A DNA stretch of 64,000 nt from an uncultured Thermoleophilia bacterium (lineage in GTDB: Bacteria > Actinomycetota > Thermoleophilia > UBA2241): NCBI GenBank assembly GCA_963702475.1, contig CAVPCT010000003.1:32001-96000 (forward strand). The letters are read 5' to 3'. The translations under genes and the position numbers were made by a program. The notes beneath the pieces were generated by a model, which saw nothing but the letters and a program-made list of their open reading frames with translations, was not told where the DNA came from and searched no databases. Position 1 is the stretch's first letter. Every line of letters begins with the position of its first letter. Positions 1 through 10,823 of this stretch are shown piece by piece.

Positions 1-2
1 AG

Positions 3-1079
3 ACGGAGCTCTCCGCGGGGCACGGTCTGTGCAGCGGCTGCGGAGCCTCGGTGATCGTCAACCAGGTCCTCTCGCAGGTGGACAGCCACTACGTGGTCTC
101 CGGGGCCACCGGCTGCCTCGAGGTGTCGACGACCCGCTACCCCTACACGGCCTGGAAGGGCAGCTACATCCACACGAACTTCGAGAACGCGGCCGCCACG
201 CTCAGCGGCGTGGAGACGGCGTTCCGCGCCCTGCGCCGCCGCGGCAGGCTCGAGGAGCAGGTCAAGTTCATCGCCTTCGGCGGCGACGGCGGCACCTACG
301 ACATCGGTCTGCAGGCGCTCTCCGGCGCCATGGAGCGCGGCCACCAGATGCTCTACGTCTGCTACGACAACGGCGCCTACATGAACACCGGCTTCCAGCG
401 CTCGTCCGCGACCCCGCACGGCGCCTGGACCACGACCAGCCCGGTCGGCGAAGAGATCCCGGGCAAGATCGGGCACTCGAAGAACCTCACCGAGATCATG
501 GTCGGCCACAGGCTCCCGTACGTGGCGCAGTCCTCGCCGCACGACCCCCAGGATCTCATCCACAAGGCCTCCAAAGCGCTGGCCATCGACGGCCCCACCT
601 TTCTCAACGTGCTCTCGCCGTGCCCGCGCGGCTGGCGCAGCGACAATGACGAAGGCATAGACCTCGCGCGGCTCGCCACCGAGGCCTGCTACTGGCCGCT
701 CTTCGAGGTCAACGACGGCCAGTACCGGCTCACCTACCGGCCCCGGCACAAGCGCCAGCTCGGCGAGTGGCTTGAGCGCCAGGGGAGGTTCTCCCACCTG
801 GCGCTGCCCGGCAACGAACACATGCTCGAGGAGCTGCAGGAGTGGGTCGACCGCGAGTGGGACCTGCTGCTGCGCAAGTGCGACGAGATCCCCGAGAGCA
901 GGTGGGACTCGGCCGCCAGCCGTCACAAGCCCGAGCCGTTCGTGATGCACCCCACGCACCCGCACCTGGAGTCGCTGGGCGAGCCGCTCACGGCGAGCAT
1001 GACGTACACCGCTCTCGACTGGGACGACCTGGACTGGGGCCGCCACTCAGGCATGAGCGACGGCGCGTTCGAGGATTAG
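3..1079 (+). CDS. porB: Pyruvate/2-oxoacid:ferredoxin oxidoreductase beta subunit (TPP-binding), 5'-truncated by the window edge
   Basis: Frame is open from the window edge: GHGLCSGCGA, ATGCLEV, FENAAA, GGDGGTYDIG...YDNGAYMNTG TPP motif, SPCPRGW. Confidence 0.9.
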   Translation, partial: TELSAGHGLCSGCGASVIVNQVLSQVDSHYVVSGATGCLEVSTTRYPYTAWKGSYIHTNFENAAATLSGVETAFRALRRRGRLEEQVKFIAFGGDGGTYDIGLQALSGAMERGHQMLYVCYDNGAYMNTGFQRSSATPHGAWTTTSPVGEEIPGKIGHSKNLTEIMVGHRLPYVAQSSPHDPQDLIHKASKALAIDGPTFLNVLSPCPRGWRSDNDEGIDLARLATEACYWPLFEVNDGQYRLTYRPRHKRQLGEWLERQGRFSHLALPGNEHMLEELQEWVDREWDLLLRKCDEIPESRWDSAASRHKPEPFVMHPTHPHLESLGEPLTASMTYTALDWDDLDWGRHSGMSDGAFED

Positions 1080-1221
1080 GCACCGGAGCGGCCGCAGGTA
1101 GCGCAGGCGGCTCAACGTGGCGTGCGCCGTGAGGTCCACCCCACGTCGACCGCTGCGGACCATGGCCGCGCCTGCAACGGCACCCGCTCCAGGCTGAGGG
1201 CCGATACCGAGGTGTGCGCCG

Positions 1222-1512
1222 CTACGGTACATCATCCTGCTCAACCTGACGGCCAAGGGACTCGCCGACCTCAAAGGGTCGCCCACCCGCGTGGATGCGG
1301 GCATCAAGGCTGTCGAGGCCGGTGGCGGCAAGATGCTGAGCTTCAGTGCGACGATGGGTCCCTACGACTACGTCGCGGTGTGCGAGGCCCCCAGTGACGA
1401 GGTGGTGACGGTCCTGTCGATGGCCCTTGGGGCGCAGGGCTACGTGACCAGGCAGACCCTGTGGGCCTTCTCGACGGAGGAGTTCGCCGGCCTCGTCAGC
1501 AAGCTGCCCTGA
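1222..1512 (+). CDS. GYD-domain small protein; start codon unresolved
   Basis: In-frame LRYIILLNLTAKG...TMGPYDYVAVCEAPSDE...TLWAFSTEEF matches the GYD family. No in-frame ATG/GTG follows the GAGGTG RBS at about 1209; the track start at 1291 truncates the domain. Confidence 0.7.
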   Translation, partial: LRYIILLNLTAKGLADLKGSPTRVDAGIKAVEAGGGKMLSFSATMGPYDYVAVCEAPSDEVVTVLSMALGAQGYVTRQTLWAFSTEEFAGLVSKLP

Positions 1513-1585
1513 CCCACGCACCTCCGAGCGGATGCCCGGGCGGCCGCCGGCGGGGACCTTCGGCCCCGGCGGCCGCTGCCCGTGG

Positions 1586-3130
1586 TCAGTCGCGTGGAGC
1601 GGAGCTCCAATCGGCGCGGATGACCGTGCCCCCCGTCGGGCCGGCGCCGACATGCAGGTGAATGCCGGCCTCTGCGGCACGCTCGCCCATGGTGCGGAGG
1701 CCGAGGCTGGCGGGTCCGGTCTGGGCGGGGTCGAATCCGCGACCGTCGTCCCCCACCGTGAGGTGGACCTCCGCCGGCTGCAGGTCCAGCTCGACCCAGG
1801 CGGACGACGCGTGCGCGTGCCGCACCACGTTGTTCAGTGCCTCCTGCGCGATGCGGTACATAGCCTCGTGGACCGCTGCCGGTGGCTGCGCATCGCCGTG
1901 CGCGCGCAGTGTCACCTCGACGCTGGCCCTGCTCTCGGCCGCCTCGACAAGCTGGGCGAGCAGCATCTGCAGCGGAGTCTCGCCGACCGGGTCCGAGCGG
2001 AGCTCGAGCAGCATGGTGCGCATCTGGGCCAGAGCCCCGCGAGTGAGCCGCCGCACCTGCTCGATCGTCGTCGCGGTCCGGGGGGGCAACGCATCCTTCT
2101 CCAGGGTCAATGACTCCGCCTTGAGGCTCGCGGCGAAGAGGGCCTGTGTCACTGAGTCGTGCAGGTCGCGCGCCAGGCGGTTGCGCTCGGCCATGGTCGC
2201 TGCCTCGGCTTCCTTCTGCCGCAGAGCGAGCTCCGCCTCCTTGCGCTCGCCGACGTCGCGGATCACCGCGAGCCTCCCGGCCGGGGAACCGTCCTCCTGG
2301 GTCAGCGCCGACACGGCCGCCTCCACAACGAGCCGGCGGCCGTCCCTGGTGATGTGGAGGTTCTCTCCGCGCCAGCGGCCGGTGCGCTGGAGCTCATCGT
2401 GCGTCAGCCGCTCCTGTGTCGGCGTCGTCCACTCACAGCGGTAGACCTCCTGAAGCCCGCGGCCCAGTGCGTCTTCACGCCGCACCCCGTACAGCCTGAC
2501 AGCCTGGTCGTTCATGTAGGTGACGCGCTCCTCGGCGTCGACGGCGATGATCGCGTCGCTGACCTCGGCGAGCATCCGCTCGGCGGACATGCTGGCCCGT
2601 TCGGCGGCGCGGGCTCTGTCCAGCGCCGCCATGAGCTCGTCGGCCTTCTGCTGCAGGGCCTGCTCGGCGTGAACGCGGGCGGTGATGTCGGCGTGCAGGT
2701 TCAGGTTGGCGACGTGTCGTCCCTCGTCGTCGAACAGTGGCGACGAGCTGAAGTGCGACCACACCGCCGCTCCATCTCTGCGCCGTAACTGGATCTCGCC
2801 GCGGAGGACGTGCCCCGCGTGCAGGGCTGCGCGGTTCTCTATCACCGTGGACTGCCAGTCGTCGAAGAGCAGCATCATGCCGTTCATGCCGATCAACTCG
2901 TCGACGGCGTAGCCGAGCATCTCCGCCATCTGCGGGTTCACGTAGGTGATGAAGCCGTCGGGGCGGCCGATGAGCACGCCCTCGGGCGTAGCCTCGATGA
3001 TCGCACGGAACCGGTGCTCGTTCTCGCGCAGGTCGGCCGGCCAGTCACCGGCGACGCCGTTCTCGTGGGTGGTGTCGGACAAGGGCGTTCCCAGTCGCAG
3101 TGCGCTCCGGCCCGATTGTAGAACGGACAC
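1586..3130 (-). CDS. Cytoplasmic PAS-PAS sensor histidine kinase (HisKA_3/NarX-type)
   Basis: Two PAS/PAC repeats, ERNRLARDLHDSVTQ H-box, EALNNVVRHA N-box, DDGRGF and SLGLRTM G-boxes. Confidence 0.88.
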   Translation of the reverse strand: MSVLQSGRSALRLGTPLSDTTHENGVAGDWPADLRENEHRFRAIIEATPEGVLIGRPDGFITYVNPQMAEMLGYAVDELIGMNGMMLLFDDWQSTVIENRAALHAGHVLRGEIQLRRRDGAAVWSHFSSSPLFDDEGRHVANLNLHADITARVHAEQALQQKADELMAALDRARAAERASMSAERMLAEVSDAIIAVDAEERVTYMNDQAVRLYGVRREDALGRGLQEVYRCEWTTPTQERLTHDELQRTGRWRGENLHITRDGRRLVVEAAVSALTQEDGSPAGRLAVIRDVGERKEAELALRQKEAEAATMAERNRLARDLHDSVTQALFAASLKAESLTLEKDALPPRTATTIEQVRRLTRGALAQMRTMLLELRSDPVGETPLQMLLAQLVEAAESRASVEVTLRAHGDAQPPAAVHEAMYRIAQEALNNVVRHAHASSAWVELDLQPAEVHLTVGDDGRGFDPAQTGPASLGLRTMGERAAEAGIHLHVGAGPTGGTVIRADWSSAPRD

Positions 3131-3208
3131 GGCCGAGTCCGACCGTTGCCGCCGACGGCACCGCCCGCCCCGAGGCGAGTGACCGACGCGACGACCCCGG
3201 AAGACCCG

Positions 3209-3928
3209 CTACCTTCGGCCGTCCCGGGCCGGAGCCGGGGCCGCAGGGCCGCCCCACTCGCGCTGCGTCTCGTGGCGACGGTCGCGCGGCTCAAACAGGT
3301 GGGCGAGCGAGACGGCGCCCGCGCCCAGGAGCGACGGGCCCGCGAGGAGGAGCGTCGCGTACATGCCGGCGTTCGCCTCGCCTCCGGCGGCTACGCGTGT
3401 CAGGACGACCACGACGTACGCGACAGTCACGGACGCGGCCACCAGTCGGCCGGCGTCGAGCCTCGTGTGCGCGCGGTCGCCGGGCAGGAGGTCGCGCGCA
3501 GCAGCAGCAGCGAGCCAGACGCTGAGGGCGAGCAGCGCCGCGGCGACGACCCCCGCGGCTATCGACCCGACGGTGGCCGTGGCATCATCTGACGTGAGGA
3601 AGAGGCCGGCGGCCCTGCCTGCCTGCATCGCGGCACCGGCGACCAGCAGGAGCATGAAGACGGCGCCGCCTCCCGCCACGTAGCCGAGCAGGGTCGCCGC
3701 CGTGCTGTCGCGGCCGGCGTGACGGCCGTGCAGCCGCCAGGCGAACAGGGGTCCGAGCGCGACGGCCGCCGCCATGCCGATCCCTGCAGCGATGTTGGAG
3801 GCGTGGGAGCCGGTCCCTGCCAGGACCGCCACTGCGAGCGCCGCGGCGAAAGCAGCGGCGGTGAACAGGCCGCCGTCTCCGGCGAGGACCGCCCGCGCCG
3901 TGCGTGTCCCGGACCCTGTCATGGCCAT
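3209..3928 (-). CDS. Hypothetical multi-pass membrane protein
   Basis: About 6 hydrophobic Ala/Leu/Val-rich segments; AGGGG RBS before the ATG. Confidence 0.6.
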   Translation of the reverse strand: MAMTGSGTRTARAVLAGDGGLFTAAAFAAALAVAVLAGTGSHASNIAAGIGMAAAVALGPLFAWRLHGRHAGRDSTAATLLGYVAGGGAVFMLLLVAGAAMQAGRAAGLFLTSDDATATVGSIAAGVVAAALLALSVWLAAAAARDLLPGDRAHTRLDAGRLVAASVTVAYVVVVLTRVAAGGEANAGMYATLLLAGPSLLGAGAVSLAHLFEPRDRRHETQREWGGPAAPAPARDGRR

Positions 3929-4146
3929 CCCCCTGTGACGGCGCCGCCGGAGCGCTGTGGCTCGTCCCTAGTATGCCCGCTGTCCGCCGCCGAGCCCGTT
4001 GTCCGCGGCGGGAGGGGCCTCGGTGGACCCGGCGAGTCGCCGGGGCGTGTGCACCGGTCCGGTGGTGCTACGCTCCTGCTGTACGGCGGCGGCGGCGCAC
4101 CTGTCACCAGCGGTGGCGCCGGAGCGAGCGCGCTCGAGGAGGGTCG

Positions 4147-5667
4147 ATGAACTGGGTCAGTCGCGTGGGGCGCTACGGCTACCTGCTGGCCGTGTTGGCG
4201 GTGGTCTTGTCCACCCTGATCTTCCTGCCCGGCCGCGACTTGTTCGCGAAGGGTCAGTGGTCGCTGCTGTACCTCCTCGTGATCCTGCTGGTCGCGAGTG
4301 CGGCGGGTGCAGGCCCTGCCGTCGTGGCCGCGCTGCTCTCGTTCCTGGCCTGGAACTTCTTCTTTCTGCCTCCCTACCACACGTTCGCCATCGAGGATGC
4401 CAAAGACTGGCTGTCGCTCGTCGCGTTCCTCGTGGTCGGCGTCATCGTCGGAGTCATGGCCGGCCGGATGCGAGAGCGGGAGGCGAGAGCGGTGGCGCGT
4501 GAGCTCGAGGCCGTGACGATCAACCGGGTGAGCACGGACCTCGTCTCGCAGACCTCCACCCCCGTGATGGCGCAGACCGTCGTCCGCGAGGTGGTCGAGC
4601 AGTTGGGCGCTCCGGCGGCGACCCTGTTCCTGGCCTCGGCCGGGGAGCTCGAGCCCTACTGCTCGTGGCCGCCGCACGTCGTCCCGCCCGCACGGACGGT
4701 CGAGCAGGCGGAGCGCACCTACGCGGCGGCCGCGCGGCGCGGCGCGGGAGGCGACGACCAGGGGGGCGCGGACGGTGCGGTGTGCCAGGACGGCGACGTG
4801 GCCGTTCCCCTGCGCAGCCCGAGTGGTGTGTCCGGCGCGCTCAGCGTGAGCGCGCGTCGTGACGGCAGGCCCTACGGCGCCGCCGAGCTCCGCCTGGCGA
4901 CCTCGCTGGCGAACCTTGTCTCCGCCTTTCTCGAGCGCCAGGACCTGCAGTCCAAAGCGACGCAGGCGGAAGCGGGGAGAGAGGCCGACCGGCTCAAGTC
5001 CAGCCTGCTCTCGTCCGTGTCCCACGAGCTCAAGACGCCGCTCGCCGCGCTGGCGGCCACCGTCAGCAACCTGCTGGAGAGCGACGTGGAGTGGGACGAA
5101 CAGAGCGTGCGCGAGGAGTTGCAGGCGATCGTCGCCGACGTGACCCGGCTGAACCACAGCGTCGGCGCCCTGCTCGACCTGTCTCGCCTCGAGACGCGCT
5201 CGTGGGAGCCGCGCCGCGAGCTCTACGATGTGAGCGACATCATCGCGGCCGGGATCGACACGCTGCCGCTGCACGAACGCGCACGGGTGAGGCTTGACGT
5301 GCCCGACGACGCCGAGCCGGTGCTCGCGGACTTCAGCCAGCTCACCAGGGTCCTGCAGAGCCTGCTGGAGAACGCGGTACTGTACGCGGGACCCGAGAGC
5401 CGCATCACGGTCGGGGCCCGCGCCACGCACCGTGTCCTGCGCCTGTGGGTGGAGGACGAAGGTCCCGGTATCGCGGCCGGCGAACACGAGGCCGTGTTCG
5501 AGAAGTTCTACCGGGGCCGCACTGCCGGTGCCGCGGTCCCCTCCGGCACCGGCCTTGGCCTCGCGATCGCCCGCGAGATCGTGCGTGCCCACGGCGGCAC
5601 GGTGCAGGTGGAGGACGTCACGCCGCACGGGGCGCGGTTCGTTGTCGCACTGCCCGTCGAGGAGTGA
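4147..5667 (+). CDS. kdpD: KdpD-type sensor kinase, C-terminal half only (DUF4118 4-TM + GAF + HisKA + HATPase)
   Basis: LYLLVILLVA...AWNFFFLPPYHTFAI TM domain; LLSSVSHELKTPL H-box; ENAVLY, DEGPGI, GTGLGL boxes; GAGGAGG RBS before ATG 4147. Confidence 0.88.
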   Translation: MNWVSRVGRYGYLLAVLAVVLSTLIFLPGRDLFAKGQWSLLYLLVILLVASAAGAGPAVVAALLSFLAWNFFFLPPYHTFAIEDAKDWLSLVAFLVVGVIVGVMAGRMREREARAVARELEAVTINRVSTDLVSQTSTPVMAQTVVREVVEQLGAPAATLFLASAGELEPYCSWPPHVVPPARTVEQAERTYAAAARRGAGGDDQGGADGAVCQDGDVAVPLRSPSGVSGALSVSARRDGRPYGAAELRLATSLANLVSAFLERQDLQSKATQAEAGREADRLKSSLLSSVSHELKTPLAALAATVSNLLESDVEWDEQSVREELQAIVADVTRLNHSVGALLDLSRLETRSWEPRRELYDVSDIIAAGIDTLPLHERARVRLDVPDDAEPVLADFSQLTRVLQSLLENAVLYAGPESRITVGARATHRVLRLWVEDEGPGIAAGEHEAVFEKFYRGRTAGAAVPSGTGLGLAIAREIVRAHGGTVQVEDVTPHGARFVVALPVEE

Positions 5668-6383
5668 TGAAGAGGGAAGACGCAGGCATACGGGAGCGAC
5701 CCACCCGCATCCTGGTCGTGGACGACGAGGAGCAGATCCGCCGCGCGCTCACGTCCATTCTGAAGACCCGCGGCTACTCGCTCGACCTGGTCGGCACGGG
5801 GCAGGACGCCCTGCTGCACGCCATCGACACGCCTCCCGACCTCGTGATCCTCGACCTGGGCCTGCCCGACATGAGCGGCATCGAGGTCTGCGGGGAGCTT
5901 CGCACCTGGATGAGCGCTCCCATCCTCATCCTGTCGGTGCACGCGGCGGAGACCGACAAGATCCGGGCGCTCGACGAAGGCGCCGACGACTACCTCACCA
6001 AGCCGTTCTCGGCCGGCGAGCTGCTGGCGCGGATCCGGGCGCTGCTGCGCCGGGCCGCAGACATCGCCTCGCCACCGCCGGTGATCGTCGTCGGCGACCT
6101 CACCGTGGACATCGCCCGCCGCCGCGTGACATCCGGCGGGCGGGAGGTCTCGCTCACCCCCACCGAGTTCGACATCCTCGCGTATCTCGCGCGCAACGCG
6201 GGCCTCGTCGTCACCCAGAAGATGATCCTGGAGCAGGTGTGGGGCCCCGAGTGGGCGGAGGATGCGCAGACGCTGCGCGTGCACGTGAGTCACCTGCGCA
6301 AGAAGCTCGAGACGACGCCGGGGGGACCGCGGTACATCATCACCGAGCCCGGGGTGGGCTTCCGGCTGGCGGAGGCCGGCTGA
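5667..6383 (+). CDS. kdpE: KdpE-like OmpR-family response regulator
   Basis: ILVVDDE, LDLGLPD, GADDYLTKPF, LTPTEFDIL, LRVHVSHLRKKLE...ITEPGVGFR; ATG overlaps the kinase TGA. Confidence 0.92.
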   Translation: MKREDAGIRERPTRILVVDDEEQIRRALTSILKTRGYSLDLVGTGQDALLHAIDTPPDLVILDLGLPDMSGIEVCGELRTWMSAPILILSVHAAETDKIRALDEGADDYLTKPFSAGELLARIRALLRRAADIASPPPVIVVGDLTVDIARRRVTSGGREVSLTPTEFDILAYLARNAGLVVTQKMILEQVWGPEWAEDAQTLRVHVSHLRKKLETTPGGPRYIITEPGVGFRLAEAG

Positions 6384-6441
6384 CGGTCGCGAAGTGCGCC
6401 GGGTCGCGCCGGCGGCGGACGCGGCGCTCAGGCCGGCGACC

Positions 6442-6506
6442 TTCACAGACTCTTTATCCCACGCGACCGGGCGTTCACGGCTCCTTAAGGCACCTCCGGG
6501 TACGGT
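6442..6506 (+). promoter_or_regulatory. Putative KdpE-dependent promoter of the kdpFABC unit
   Basis: TTCAC(6442), TTTAT(6453), TTCAC(6474), TTAAG(6485) repeats at 11/21/11 spacing, then TACGGT -10 at 6501. Confidence 0.6.
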
Positions 6507-6556
6507 CCGCAGTGAAAGGACCGCGCCGCTTCGGCGGCAAGAACGCGGAGGCAGCC

Positions 6557-6751
6557 ATGTTCCTCCTTGAAGAGATCCTCATCGAAGTCGCGATGATCGC
6601 CTCGGTGGTCGCGGGTATCGGATGCCTCGCCTACCTGCTCCAGGAGAGCTTCCGCGAGAGTGTCGGCCGGCGGCGCCGCGAACGCGAGCGGCGCGCCGCC
6701 CTGGCCGCGCTCGCCAGGCAGTCCTGGAAAGACCAGGGCCGGAACGTCTGA
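6557..6751 (+). CDS. 64-aa single-TM small protein leading the kdp operon
   Basis: GGAGG RBS + ATG; MFLLEEILIEVAMIASVVAGIGCLAYLL followed by an Arg-rich tail. Confidence 0.55.
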   Translation: MFLLEEILIEVAMIASVVAGIGCLAYLLQESFRESVGRRRRERERRAALAALARQSWKDQGRNV

Positions 6752-6773
6752 CGCGCCGCATCGGGCCGTCACC

Positions 6774-6857
6774 GTGGGCGACTTCGTCTTCATAGCGCTC
6801 GTGCTCGCCTTCTTCCTGCTGGCCGCGCTGTACGCCCGCGCCGCGCCGCGCCTCTGA
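6774..6857 (+). CDS. 27-aa hydrophobic kdp-associated peptide
   Basis: GTG start; MGDFVFIALVLAFFLLAALYARAAPRL resembles small peptides commonly found just upstream of kdpF. Confidence 0.6.
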   Translation: MGDFVFIALVLAFFLLAALYARAAPRL

Positions 6858-6867
6858 GGAGAGCGCC

Positions 6868-6957
6868 GTGAGCATCATCGACGGCGTGCTCCTCGTCATC
6901 GCCGGGTGCCTCGCCGGCTACGTCCTCTACGCCCTCCTGCGGCCGGAGAAGTTCTGA
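6868..6957 (+). CDS. kdpF: K+-transporting ATPase subunit F (29 aa)
   Basis: GAGGAG RBS, GTG, MSIIDGVLLVIAGCLAGYVLYALLRPEKF with the diagnostic YxxYALLRPEKF end, directly before kdpA. Confidence 0.9.
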   Translation: MSIIDGVLLVIAGCLAGYVLYALLRPEKF

Positions 6958-6963
6958 CCCGTC

Positions 6964-8688
6964 ATGGCGTGGGGGATCCTCCAGATCGTCGTCCTGATCG
7001 TGCTCGTGGTGCTCGTCACCAAGCCGCTGGGCACGTACATGGCACACGTCTATCGCGGGGAGCGGACCTTTCTCGACCCCGTGGCCCGCCCGGTCGAGCG
7101 CTTCATCTATCGTCTTACAGGCGTCGACGAGAAGCGCGAGATGGGCGTGTGGGGCTATGCGAGCGCATTCCTCGTCTTCAACCTCATCGTCCTTCTCTTC
7201 CTCTACGTCCTTCTCCGCACCCAGGCGTATCTGCCGCTGAACCCCGCGCACGTGCCCAACATGGACTCCTGGATGGCATTCAACACGGCCGTCAGCTTCG
7301 CCACGAACACCAACTGGCAGGTCTACGTCCCCGAGACGTCCGTGAGCTATCTGACCCAGATGCTCGGCCTCGCGCGCGAGAACTTCGTCTCAGCTGCGGT
7401 GGGCATGGCGGTGGCCGTCGCCTTCATCCGCGGTCTCACCCGGCACACCACCAAAGAGCTCGGCAACTTCTGGGTCGACCTCACGCGGAGCATCATCTGG
7501 ATCCTGCTGCCGATCTCCATCGTCGGCGGCCTGGTGCTGGTCTCCCAGGGTGTCGTGCAGAACCTCGACGCGCCGACGAAAGCCCTCACCGTCCAGGGCG
7601 TGACGCAGACCATCGCCCAGGGGCCGTTCGCCTCCCAGGAGATCATCAAGGAGCTGGGCACGAACGGAGGCGGATCCTACAACGCCAACTCGGCACACCC
7701 GTACGAGAACCCGACGCCGCTCACGAACCTCCTCGAGATGCTGGCGATCCTCGCCATCCCCGCCTCTTTGACCTACACGTTCGGACGTTTCGCGGGGAAC
7801 CAGCGGCAGGGCTGGGCCCTGTTCGTGGCCGCGGCGGTGATCCTGGTGATGAGCGTGTCGGTCATGTACTGGAGCGAGCAGAAGGGCAACCCGATCCTCG
7901 CCAGGCAGGGGGCCGACCAGGCGCTCACGGCGACACAGAACGGCGGCAACCAGGAGGGCAAGGAGGTCCGCTTCGGCATCGCCAACTCGGCGTTGTGGGC
8001 GTCGCTCACCACCGCCACCTCCACCGGCGCTGTGAACAGTTCCCACGACAGCCTGACCCCGCTCGCCGGTGGGATGGCCATGCTCAACATCGCTCTCGGC
8101 GAGGTGGTGTTCGGAGGGGTGGGCGTGGGCCTCATGGGCCTCCTCGTCATGGCCATCCTCGCGGTCTTCATCGCCGGCCTCATGGTCGGTCGCACGCCCG
8201 AGTACCTCGGCAAGAAGATCGAGGGCCGCGAGATGAAGCTCGCCGTGCTCGCGGTCCTGTACTTCAGCGTCTCGGCACTCGGGTTGTCGGCGCTCGCGGC
8301 CGTCCTCCCGGCCGGGAGTGACCCCATCCTCAATCAAGGACCGCACGGGCTGTCCGAGATGCTGTACGCGGCCTTCTCCCAGACCGGCAACAACGGCAGC
8401 GCCATGGCTGGGATCACGGTGAGCGGCAAGTTCTGGGCCACGCTCGGCGGCATCGCGATGCTGTGGGGGCGCCTGTTCTTCATCATCCCCTGTCTCGCTC
8501 TCGCCGGCTCGCTGGCCGTCAAGAAGAAGGTGCCGGAATCCAGCGGCACCTTCCCCACCACCGGCCCCATTTTCGTGGTGCTGCTCCTGGGTGTGATCCT
8601 CATCGTTGGGGCCCTCACCTACCTGCCGGCGCTGGTGCTTGGGCCGATCCTCGAGCAACTGCTGATGAACGCCGGCAAGGTGTTCTGA
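6964..8688 (+). CDS. kdpA: K+-transporting ATPase subunit A
   Basis: [49 protein letters not shown] motifs. Confidence 0.97.
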   Translation: MAWGILQIVVLIVLVVLVTKPLGTYMAHVYRGERTFLDPVARPVERFIYRLTGVDEKREMGVWGYASAFLVFNLIVLLFLYVLLRTQAYLPLNPAHVPNMDSWMAFNTAVSFATNTNWQVYVPETSVSYLTQMLGLARENFVSAAVGMAVAVAFIRGLTRHTTKELGNFWVDLTRSIIWILLPISIVGGLVLVSQGVVQNLDAPTKALTVQGVTQTIAQGPFASQEIIKELGTNGGGSYNANSAHPYENPTPLTNLLEMLAILAIPASLTYTFGRFAGNQRQGWALFVAAAVILVMSVSVMYWSEQKGNPILARQGADQALTATQNGGNQEGKEVRFGIANSALWASLTTATSTGAVNSSHDSLTPLAGGMAMLNIALGEVVFGGVGVGLMGLLVMAILAVFIAGLMVGRTPEYLGKKIEGREMKLAVLAVLYFSVSALGLSALAAVLPAGSDPILNQGPHGLSEMLYAAFSQTGNNGSAMAGITVSGKFWATLGGIAMLWGRLFFIIPCLALAGSLAVKKKVPESSGTFPTTGPIFVVLLLGVILIVGALTYLPALVLGPILEQLLMNAGKVF

Positions 8689-8698
8689 GTCCACGGAC

Positions 8699-10813
8699 AT
8701 GAGCACTGAGACCGAACCACAGACCGACCGGCAGCAGGTGGCGGGACGCCCGGCACACGACCCGGGCGGGACTCACGCAGGCCTCACCGCGAAGCCGCGG
8801 CGGGCCGGCATGCGCGAGCTCATCTGGCCCGCAGTCGCCCGCTCCTTCGTCAAGCTCGACCCGCGCGACGTCGCCCACAACCCCGTCATGTTCGTGGTCG
8901 AGGTGGGCAGCGTCATCACGACGATCGCCTTCATCAACGACCTGCTCCGCGGGGGGTCCATCTTCTTCGTGGGCTCCGTGTCGGCCTGGCTTTGGTTCAC
9001 CGTTCTGTTCGCCAACTTCGCCACGGCCATGGCGGAGGGGCGCGGCAAGGCGCAGGCGGAGGCGCTTCGCAAGACACGGACCGAGACCTTGGCCAACCTG
9101 CGGGTGGACGGCAGGATCACCCAGGTACCCAGCGCCCGGCTGCGCAAGGGCGACGTTGTGATCGTGAGCGCCGGTGAGGTCATTCCCGGCGACGGCGAGG
9201 TCATCGAGGGCATCGCCTCCGTGGATGAGTCGGCCATCACCGGGGAGTCGGCACCCGTCATCCGCGAGAGCGGGGGCGACCGTAGCGCCGTCACCGGCGG
9301 CACGCGCGTGCTGTCGGACCGTATCGTGGTGGAGATCACCTCGGACCCCGGAGAGACCTTCCTCGACCGCATGATCGCTCTGGTCGAGGGCGCCGAACGC
9401 CAGAAGACGCCCAACGAGATAGCCCTCAACATCCTTCTGGCGGGGCTCACGATCATCTTCATCATCGTGGTGGTCACTCTGCAGCCGTACGCCATCTACA
9501 GCGGCGCCCCCGTGACCGCCACCGTCCTGATCGCCCTGCTCGTGTGCCTCATCCCGACCACCATCGGCGGGCTGCTGTCGGCCATCGGCATCGCCGGCAT
9601 GGACCGTCTGGTGCGCCACAACGTGCTGGCCATGTCGGGGCGTGCCGTGGAGGCCGCCGGCGACGTGGACACACTGCTGCTCGACAAGACTGGCACGATA
9701 ACCCTCGGCAACCGTCAGGCGGTCGCCTTCATCCCCGTGCCGGGCGTGACCGAGCAGGAGCTCGCCGACGCGGCACAGCTGGCGTCGCTGGCCGACGAGA
9801 CGCCGGAGGGCCGCTCCGTCGTGGTGCTGGCCAAGGACTTCGGCATCCGCGCCCGTCACATCGATCCCGAGAGCGCCAGCTTCGTGGAGTTCACGGCGCA
9901 GACCCGCATGAGCGGCATCGACCTCGACGGCCACTCGATCCGCAAGGGAGCCGGCGACGCTGTGGTCTCCTGGGTCCGCAGCCGGGGCGGCGAGGTGCCT
10001 CCGGAGCTCGAGGTCGCGATGCGGGATGTCTCCAACGAGGGGGGCACGCCGCTCGCCGTGGCCCGCGACGACCGGGCCCTCGGGGTCATCCAGCTCAAGG
10101 ACATCGTCAAGGGCGGCATGCGCGAGCGCTTCGACCAGCTGCGCGCCATGGGTATCCGGACCGTGATGATCACCGGGGACAACCCCCTGACGGCCGCGGT
10201 CATCGCCGAGGAGGCCGGCGTGGACGACTTCCTCGCCGAGGCCACACCCGAGGCCAAGATGGAGCTGATCAAGCGCGAGCAGCAGCAGGGCAAGCTGGTG
10301 GCGATGACGGGCGACGGCACCAACGACGCCCCCGCGCTGGCCCAGGCCGATGTGGGCGTCGCCATGAACACCGGCACGGTGGCCGCCAAGGAGGCCGGCA
10401 ACATGGTGGACCTGGACTCCAATCCCACCAAGCTCATCGAGATCGTGGAGATCGGCAAGCAGTTGCTGATCACGCGAGGGGCCCTCACGACGTTCAGCAC
10501 CGCCAACGACGTGGCCAAGTACTTCGCCATCATCCCGGCGATGTTCATGGTCGCCTTTCCCGAGCTGGCGACGCTCAACGTGATGGGACTGCACTCGCCG
10601 AACAGCGCCGTGCTTTCGGCGGTCATCTTCAACGCCGTTATCATCGTCCTGCTGATCCCGCTGGCCCTCCGCGGCGTGAAGTTCCGGCCCGTCGGGGCCG
10701 CCGCCCTGCTGCGCCACAACCTGCTCGTCTACGGGCTCGGCGGCGTCGTCGTCCCGTTCGTCGGCATCAAGCTCATCGACCTCATCCTGGTCGCTCTGGG
10801 ACTCGCGTCGTAG
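8699..10813 (+). CDS. kdpB: K+-transporting ATPase subunit B
   Basis: [54 protein letters not shown]. Confidence 0.97.
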   Translation: MSTETEPQTDRQQVAGRPAHDPGGTHAGLTAKPRRAGMRELIWPAVARSFVKLDPRDVAHNPVMFVVEVGSVITTIAFINDLLRGGSIFFVGSVSAWLWFTVLFANFATAMAEGRGKAQAEALRKTRTETLANLRVDGRITQVPSARLRKGDVVIVSAGEVIPGDGEVIEGIASVDESAITGESAPVIRESGGDRSAVTGGTRVLSDRIVVEITSDPGETFLDRMIALVEGAERQKTPNEIALNILLAGLTIIFIIVVVTLQPYAIYSGAPVTATVLIALLVCLIPTTIGGLLSAIGIAGMDRLVRHNVLAMSGRAVEAAGDVDTLLLDKTGTITLGNRQAVAFIPVPGVTEQELADAAQLASLADETPEGRSVVVLAKDFGIRARHIDPESASFVEFTAQTRMSGIDLDGHSIRKGAGDAVVSWVRSRGGEVPPELEVAMRDVSNEGGTPLAVARDDRALGVIQLKDIVKGGMRERFDQLRAMGIRTVMITGDNPLTAAVIAEEAGVDDFLAEATPEAKMELIKREQQQGKLVAMTGDGTNDAPALAQADVGVAMNTGTVAAKEAGNMVDLDSNPTKLIEIVEIGKQLLITRGALTTFSTANDVAKYFAIIPAMFMVAFPELATLNVMGLHSPNSAVLSAVIFNAVIIVLLIPLALRGVKFRPVGAAALLRHNLLVYGLGGVVVPFVGIKLIDLILVALGLAS

Positions 10814-10823
10814 GAGAAGTACA

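Noticed and set aside
6384-6556. c-di-AMP (ydaO) riboswitch upstream of the K+ transport genes
   Set aside because: I could not find the conserved ydaO sequence elements here or at 12569-12688. These regions are better explained by direct-repeat promoters. An Rfam scan would settle it.
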